DNA of 62,515 nucleotides, counting the filler, from an uncultured bacterium (lineage in GTDB: Bacteria; DYJV01): the NCBI GenBank assembly GCA_964543655.1. It is 4 parts of 4 records of this genome, joined end to end, with 100 filler letters (N's around TTAATTAATTAA, not from the genome) between each part and the next. Parts side by side here need not be neighbours in the genome. Positions count along the whole stretch, not along the records: positions 51,381 to 62,515 come from CAZIZE010000017.1; 3 more parts are not named here. One strand, 5' to 3'. Both the position numbers and the translations under genes were made by a program. The notes beneath the pieces were generated by a model. That model saw nothing but the letters and a program-made list of their open reading frames with translations, did no database searches and was not told the origin of the DNA. Positions within the stretch are counted from its first letter, which is position 1; each line of letters starts with the position of its first letter. Positions 57,974 to 62,515 of the stretch are shown piece after piece.

Positions 57974-58735
57974 ATGATTTTAAAAGTAAAAAATCTTGGA
58001 CATAAATTTGGTAAATTTCAGGTTTTAAAAGGTATCAATCTTGAAGTGGAACAGGGTGTTATTACAGCTCTGATTGGACCTAATGGAGCTGGAAAAACCA
58101 CCTTCTATAATGTTATTTCAGGTAAATATCAGGCAACAGAAGGAGAAATTTTTTTTAAAAATTTTAATATTACAAAATTACCAGCTTATAAAATAGTTAA
58201 TCTTGGTCTTGTTCGTTCATTTCAGGTGACAAATATTTTTCCAGACCTATCAGTTATTGAAAATATATTAATCCCATTAATATTACATAATAAAAAAACT
58301 TTCTCCATTTTTAGTGCATTAAAAAGGGATAGAGAGCTTTATAAAAGAGCAGAGAATATTTTAGAGAAAATAGGATTATTAGAATATAAGGATAGAAAAG
58401 CATCAGAACTATCTTATGGTGATAAAAGATTAATAGAGATTGGAATTGTCCTTTCACGTGAGCCTGAAATGATACTTCTTGATGAACCTACTGCTGGAAT
58501 GAATCCAGAGGAAACTGAGAAAATGATAAGGATGATTAAAGAGTTAGCATTAAAATTTAATACAACTTTTTTTATAACAGAGCATGATATGAGTGTGGTT
58601 TTTGCCTTAGCATCATATATATATGTTTTGCATCAGGGAAGTTTACTATCTGAAGGCACACCTGATGAGATTAGGAATAATCAAGCAGTTAAAGAAGCTT
58701 ACCTTGGAGGCAGCCTTGATGCTAACAGTAAATGA
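57974..58735 (+). CDS. ABC ATP-binding protein (LivG-like)
   Basis: GPNGAGKTT, LSYGDKR, LLDEPTAG, EAYLG. Confidence 0.92.
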   Translation: MILKVKNLGHKFGKFQVLKGINLEVEQGVITALIGPNGAGKTTFYNVISGKYQATEGEIFFKNFNITKLPAYKIVNLGLVRSFQVTNIFPDLSVIENILIPLILHNKKTFSIFSALKRDRELYKRAENILEKIGLLEYKDRKASELSYGDKRLIEIGIVLSREPEMILLDEPTAGMNPEETEKMIRMIKELALKFNTTFFITEHDMSVVFALASYIYVLHQGSLLSEGTPDEIRNNQAVKEAYLGGSLDANSK

Positions 58736-59411
58736 TATACACGTATATATTAAAGAAAGCTATATATTGCAAGGTGTTTCTTTGGAGGTTAATGAAAATG
58801 AAATTGTGTGTCTCCTTGGACGAAATGGTGCTGGTAAAACCACTACTTTAAGAAGTATTATGGGATATTTACATCCTAAAAAGGGGAGTATTGTTTTTAA
58901 TAATAAAAATATAGAGAAAAATCCAGTTTTTGTAAATGTTAGAATGGGATTGGGGTTTGTGCCAGAGGATAGGAGAATTTTTCCTGAGTTAACTGTACAT
59001 GAAAATCTTGAGGTTGCTTTTATTAACAGAGGAAATAATCAGTGGGAGATTGAGAAAATATATGAGGAAATACCATTATTGAAAGATTTAAGACATAAAA
59101 AAGGTGGTGCAATGAGTGGTGGAGAGCAGCAGATAGTGGCAATTGCAAGGGCGCTTGCAACAAATCCTAAGATTTTATTACTTGATGAGCCGTGTGAAGG
59201 ATTGGCACCTGTAATAGTTGAAAAGTTAGGTGATATAATAATTAAGTTAAAAAAACAGCTACCTGTGCTGCTATCAGAGCAGAATGCATTTTTTGCAATG
59301 GATGTTTCTGATAGAGGTTACATTATAGATAAAGGTACTATTAAATATCAGGGAGCAATTTCAGATTTAAAATCAGATTCTGAAATCCAGTCTCGATACC
59401 TTGCTGTATAA
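58719..59411 (+). CDS. ABC ATP-binding protein (LivF-like)
   Basis: GRNGAGKTT, VPEDRRIF, MSGGEQQ, LLDEPCEGLAP. Start ATG 58719 after GGAGG. Confidence 0.92.
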   Translation: MLTVNDIHVYIKESYILQGVSLEVNENEIVCLLGRNGAGKTTTLRSIMGYLHPKKGSIVFNNKNIEKNPVFVNVRMGLGFVPEDRRIFPELTVHENLEVAFINRGNNQWEIEKIYEEIPLLKDLRHKKGGAMSGGEQQIVAIARALATNPKILLLDEPCEGLAPVIVEKLGDIIIKLKKQLPVLLSEQNAFFAMDVSDRGYIIDKGTIKYQGAISDLKSDSEIQSRYLAV

Positions 59412-59431
59412 TGATGTTTTAAAAAATTTTA

Positions 59432-60139
59432 CTAATTTTCAGGTATTACAGTAAAATTGTCAAAAAATACATAAGAATCAGCTTTTGACCAGAGACCGAT
59501 TTTCCCGGAAATATTTTTTCGATATTTATAATCAATGTATTTTCTATTGTTCAAAAAACCTTTTATTCTGTTATTTTTTATTACAACTTTTAAAATATAC
59601 CATTTTCTTGATTTATGGTGAACACCTCTAATCCATTGAACTGATGAACGATGTCCTTTTTCCATTTTAAAAAGCACAAGATTTTGCTCAAGAGGATTTG
59701 CTCTTATAACAAGATAATCACCATTTGGCTTGATATTAAAAGCAATTCCAGCTGCTCTATCTATTCTTCCACTAATTGATTTGAATGAAACCTCTATAGT
59801 GCCATTTTGAAAATTTTTTATCCCTTTATATATGGTAAGTGGAAAATATCTATAAGCTTCAAGATTGTCAAGAAAAAGAGCATATCTTTTACCATAAAGT
59901 GCTTTTGCTTTTTGTGCTATTCCTTCAGCCAAGAGACCTCTCTCCCATTTTCTTCCATCTACAGCATACACTAAGTTGTTACCATCTCTGTCAATGTGCC
60001 ATTTCCCAACAAATGCACTAAAACTTTTTGAAGGAGCACCGAAAATCTCATTGTTAAAATCTAATTTTATAATCTGTTTGGCTGTCAATTGTGATGAAAT
60101 TAAAAATAAAATCGTAATATAGATTATTTTTTTTACCAT
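59432..60139 (-). CDS. Exported DUF1080/LamG-like (concanavalin A-fold) protein
   Basis: Signal peptide; GTIEVSFKSISG...AGIAF...WYILKV...GKIGLWSKADS...FDNF. Confidence 0.65.
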   Translation of the reverse strand: MVKKIIYITILFLISSQLTAKQIIKLDFNNEIFGAPSKSFSAFVGKWHIDRDGNNLVYAVDGRKWERGLLAEGIAQKAKALYGKRYALFLDNLEAYRYFPLTIYKGIKNFQNGTIEVSFKSISGRIDRAAGIAFNIKPNGDYLVIRANPLEQNLVLFKMEKGHRSSVQWIRGVHHKSRKWYILKVVIKNNRIKGFLNNRKYIDYKYRKNISGKIGLWSKADSYVFFDNFTVIPEN

Positions 60140-61431
60140 TTTCTCATTCTCCTTTTGAAAAGATATATTAATGTAAAAATTATTGGAATTAAAATATAAT
60201 ATGTGTAGTTTATTATTAATTCTCTACTTTTCGGGACAACAAGGGGATATCCCGGGAAATTGGAAATATTGGAAGGTTTGGAAGTTTTAATGTTAGCAAG
60301 CTTGAAAATAATAGGAAAAATCTCTTCTTCGCTGTTAGAATATGTAAAAGCTTTTCTACCGTTAATTTTGTAAACAAATTTTCCATAATTTTCCTCAAGC
60401 TCTTTATCTTTCATAAAAACCACTTTTACATCTCTTTTTACAAGAAGTAACTTTTGCAAAAAAGAGTTTTCATAATCTTTATACCTTGAATCGTTTTTCC
60501 TTAAATATATATCTATTTCAATTAATGGCACTTTCCTTAGATTAGCTACAATTGCATTAGAGAAAGAATTTCTATGGCTCTCTGTAATATCAAAATTAAA
60601 ACTTGTTTCAAAAATAGAGAATGCTCCTAAAAAAATAATAACAACAGCTGTTGATAAGAGTTTAAAATTTAACTTAATTTGAATCAGGGAGAGAGTCAAT
60701 AAAATAAAAAAGAGACAAATTGTAAGAAAATAGATTATAGCAGATAGAGAAAAAATCCCTTTTTCAAAATAACTGAGCATTTTGGTAACTGTGTAATTTG
60801 AAAGAAATATAGCAAAAGGAGCAACATTCATCTCCTTGCCAAAATCAATTAACCATGAAATCATTATGATAAATATTGCAAAGATAGATGCACTTCCTAT
60901 TGTTTTGAAAAGAGAACCTGAAAAAAGGGAAACTGTAACAACAAATAAACCGTATAAAAAATATCCTAAAAAAAGCAAGATAATCTCATTTGAAGGGATA
61001 TGGCCTCCCAAATAGTACCAGATAACAATTGCAGGTAATATCATTAGGAGAAGTAAAAAAAGAAAAAGAATAGAAGCGATTAATTTTGAAATAACAATTT
61101 CATTAAAGGAAAATGGAATTTGGAGTAGTAAGGTTATTGTATTTTGCTCTTTTTCAAAGATAATCAGAGGAATAATTAGAAATGGGAAAAAGAGTGAAAA
61201 TATTAAAAAAAGACTTCCCAATGCAGGCACAAAAATTCCCTGTGAAGGCTCAAAACCAGATGAATAAAGTGGATTGTTAATAGCTGCAACACTTGCTTTG
61301 CTATAAATATCAACAGCTGAATAAAAACCGTATCCCAATATAAAGCTGTAAATTATAAGAAAAATAAAGGATGCTCTGCTAAAAAATAGATCTCTAATCT
61401 CTTTTTTGATTAAATAATAAAATTTTTTCAT
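60133..61431 (-). CDS. ABC-2 permease fused to a GldG-like periplasmic domain
   Basis: KEIRDLF, EKEQNTITLLLQIP, and FDITESHRNSFS after the TM region. Confidence 0.75.
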   Translation of the reverse strand: MKKFYYLIKKEIRDLFFSRASFIFLIIYSFILGYGFYSAVDIYSKASVAAINNPLYSSGFEPSQGIFVPALGSLFLIFSLFFPFLIIPLIIFEKEQNTITLLLQIPFSFNEIVISKLIASILFLFLLLLMILPAIVIWYYLGGHIPSNEIILLFLGYFLYGLFVVTVSLFSGSLFKTIGSASIFAIFIIMISWLIDFGKEMNVAPFAIFLSNYTVTKMLSYFEKGIFSLSAIIYFLTICLFFILLTLSLIQIKLNFKLLSTAVVIIFLGAFSIFETSFNFDITESHRNSFSNAIVANLRKVPLIEIDIYLRKNDSRYKDYENSFLQKLLLVKRDVKVVFMKDKELEENYGKFVYKINGRKAFTYSNSEEEIFPIIFKLANIKTSKPSNISNFPGYPLVVPKSRELIINYTYYILIPIIFTLIYLFKRRMRKW

Positions 61432-62132
61432 TCTTTTTTTAAAAGTTTAATAAAAATTTCCTCAAGAGTTGCATTTTTCACATTGCATTTTTTACTGAGA
61501 AATTCTTTATCACCGTAAATAACAGTGTTACCCTGGTTTAAGAGAACAAAAAAATTACAGATTTTTTCTGCATCGTTTAACTGATGTATTGATATTAAAA
61601 ATGTTCTCTCCTTTTCATTTTCATATTTAATGATTTTAAGAATTTCAATAACCTGTAAAGGATCAAAGCCATCAAATGGTTCATCAAGAACAACAATTTT
61701 TTTCCTGCTGGCAAGTGCAAAGTAAAGTTTTAATCTCTGTTTAAAACCTTTTGATAGGTTTTTGACCTTTTTATTTTTTACAAAATTTAGTCCAAGACTG
61801 TGAATTAAATCTGTATTTTCATAATTTGTTGTGTTTTTTAAAAAAATTAAAAATTCTTCAACATAATACTCTGGATAAATATTAATATGCTCCGGCATGT
61901 ATGAGAAAATAGATATTTTCTCATTAAATGAGCGTAGCTTTCTATTTCCAAACCATATCTCACCATTATCTGGATTTTCAAAGCCTGTAATAATCTTCAG
62001 TAGGGTTGATTTCCCGGCACCATTTGGGCCAATTATACCTGTAACTGAATTTTTGGGAATATCAAATGATATGTTGTTTAAAACAATCTGTTTGTTATAA
62101 GTTTTTTTTATATTTTTTACTGATAAAATCAT
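61428..62132 (-). CDS. ABC exporter ATP-binding protein
   Basis: GPNGAGKST, LSKGFKQR, LDEPFDGFD. Start ATG 62132 after GAGG. Confidence 0.9.
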   Translation of the reverse strand: MILSVKNIKKTYNKQIVLNNISFDIPKNSVTGIIGPNGAGKSTLLKIITGFENPDNGEIWFGNRKLRSFNEKISIFSYMPEHINIYPEYYVEEFLIFLKNTTNYENTDLIHSLGLNFVKNKKVKNLSKGFKQRLKLYFALASRKKIVVLDEPFDGFDPLQVIEILKIIKYENEKERTFLISIHQLNDAEKICNFFVLLNQGNTVIYGDKEFLSKKCNVKNATLEEIFIKLLKKE

Positions 62133-62340
62133 TTTTCCTCTATAATAACTTTGCACAGTGTTTTCAACTACTGATGAAATTTTTATTAATATTAATAGGT
62201 TACAAACCTTTCAGTTACTGCACTCATTAAGAATGAACCAGAAAAAATCATTTTGACTCTGAGCAGCCCGAAGGAAAAGAGTCCATTATAACCACTTATT
62301 TTTATAAAAATTTTTTTATTGTTTATTGTGCAAAGGTCTT

Positions 62341-62402
62341 AATTTTTTAACAAGTATCCTTATTATCACAAAAGCAGTTATTAAGAGAAATACCCGAAAA
62401 CT
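62341..62402 (+). repeat. Degenerate third copy of the about 100-bp dispersed repeat
   Basis: TTTTTTAACAAG...CACAAAAGCAGTTATTAAGAG...CCCGAAAA aligns by eye with 38291-38355. Confidence 0.5.
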
Positions 62403-62515
62403 TTTTTGGTATATGCAGGTTTTATACCACCTGTAACTTTTTTGTCTGTTCGAGTGTTATAAAAAAAACAATTTCCTATTTTCATAAAAAAGGCATCGCA
62501 ATTCCCTTTCTATTC

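Noticed and set aside
62160-62290. Hammerhead ribozyme or known riboswitch (CTGATGA and CTGAGCAG motifs)
   Set aside because: I could not build the required flanking stems or conserved cores by eye.

Overview
AT-rich bacterial DNA. The gene content suggests an anaerobic, multiheme-cytochrome-rich Desulfobacterota/Deferribacterota-like organism (inference only). The window is four contigs joined by artificial 100-nt N/TTAATTAATTAA spacers (24609-24708, 43175-43274, 51281-51380), so linkage across spacers is unknown. The main finding is a divergent locus at about 0.5-10.6 kb with two UGA-recoded genes that the ORF track missed or truncated. One is a 78-aa, signal-peptide-bearing RiPP precursor with three in-frame UGA codons (SGUGGUGG...SSGUG; SbtA/selenobiotic type), directly upstream of its radical SAM/SPASM maturase (SbtM-like) and downstream of a tetraheme cytochrome/Fe-S/NrfD/12-heme cytochrome module. 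The other is a 91-aa exported HMA-domain protein with GMSUPGR in place of GMxCxxC, leading a two-component system. Each UGA site has a candidate SECIS hairpin. The rest is housekeeping (ileS, ilvB, clpX, lon, trxA, lpxK, argG, lspA, lgt, alaC, uvrC, tRNA-Leu), pelF and a spherulin-4 gene, acyl-CoA catabolic operons with LiuR-like and GntR-like operators, a TAXI-TRAP transporter, an ABC operon with a nested TRAP system, and several dispersed or tandem repeats.
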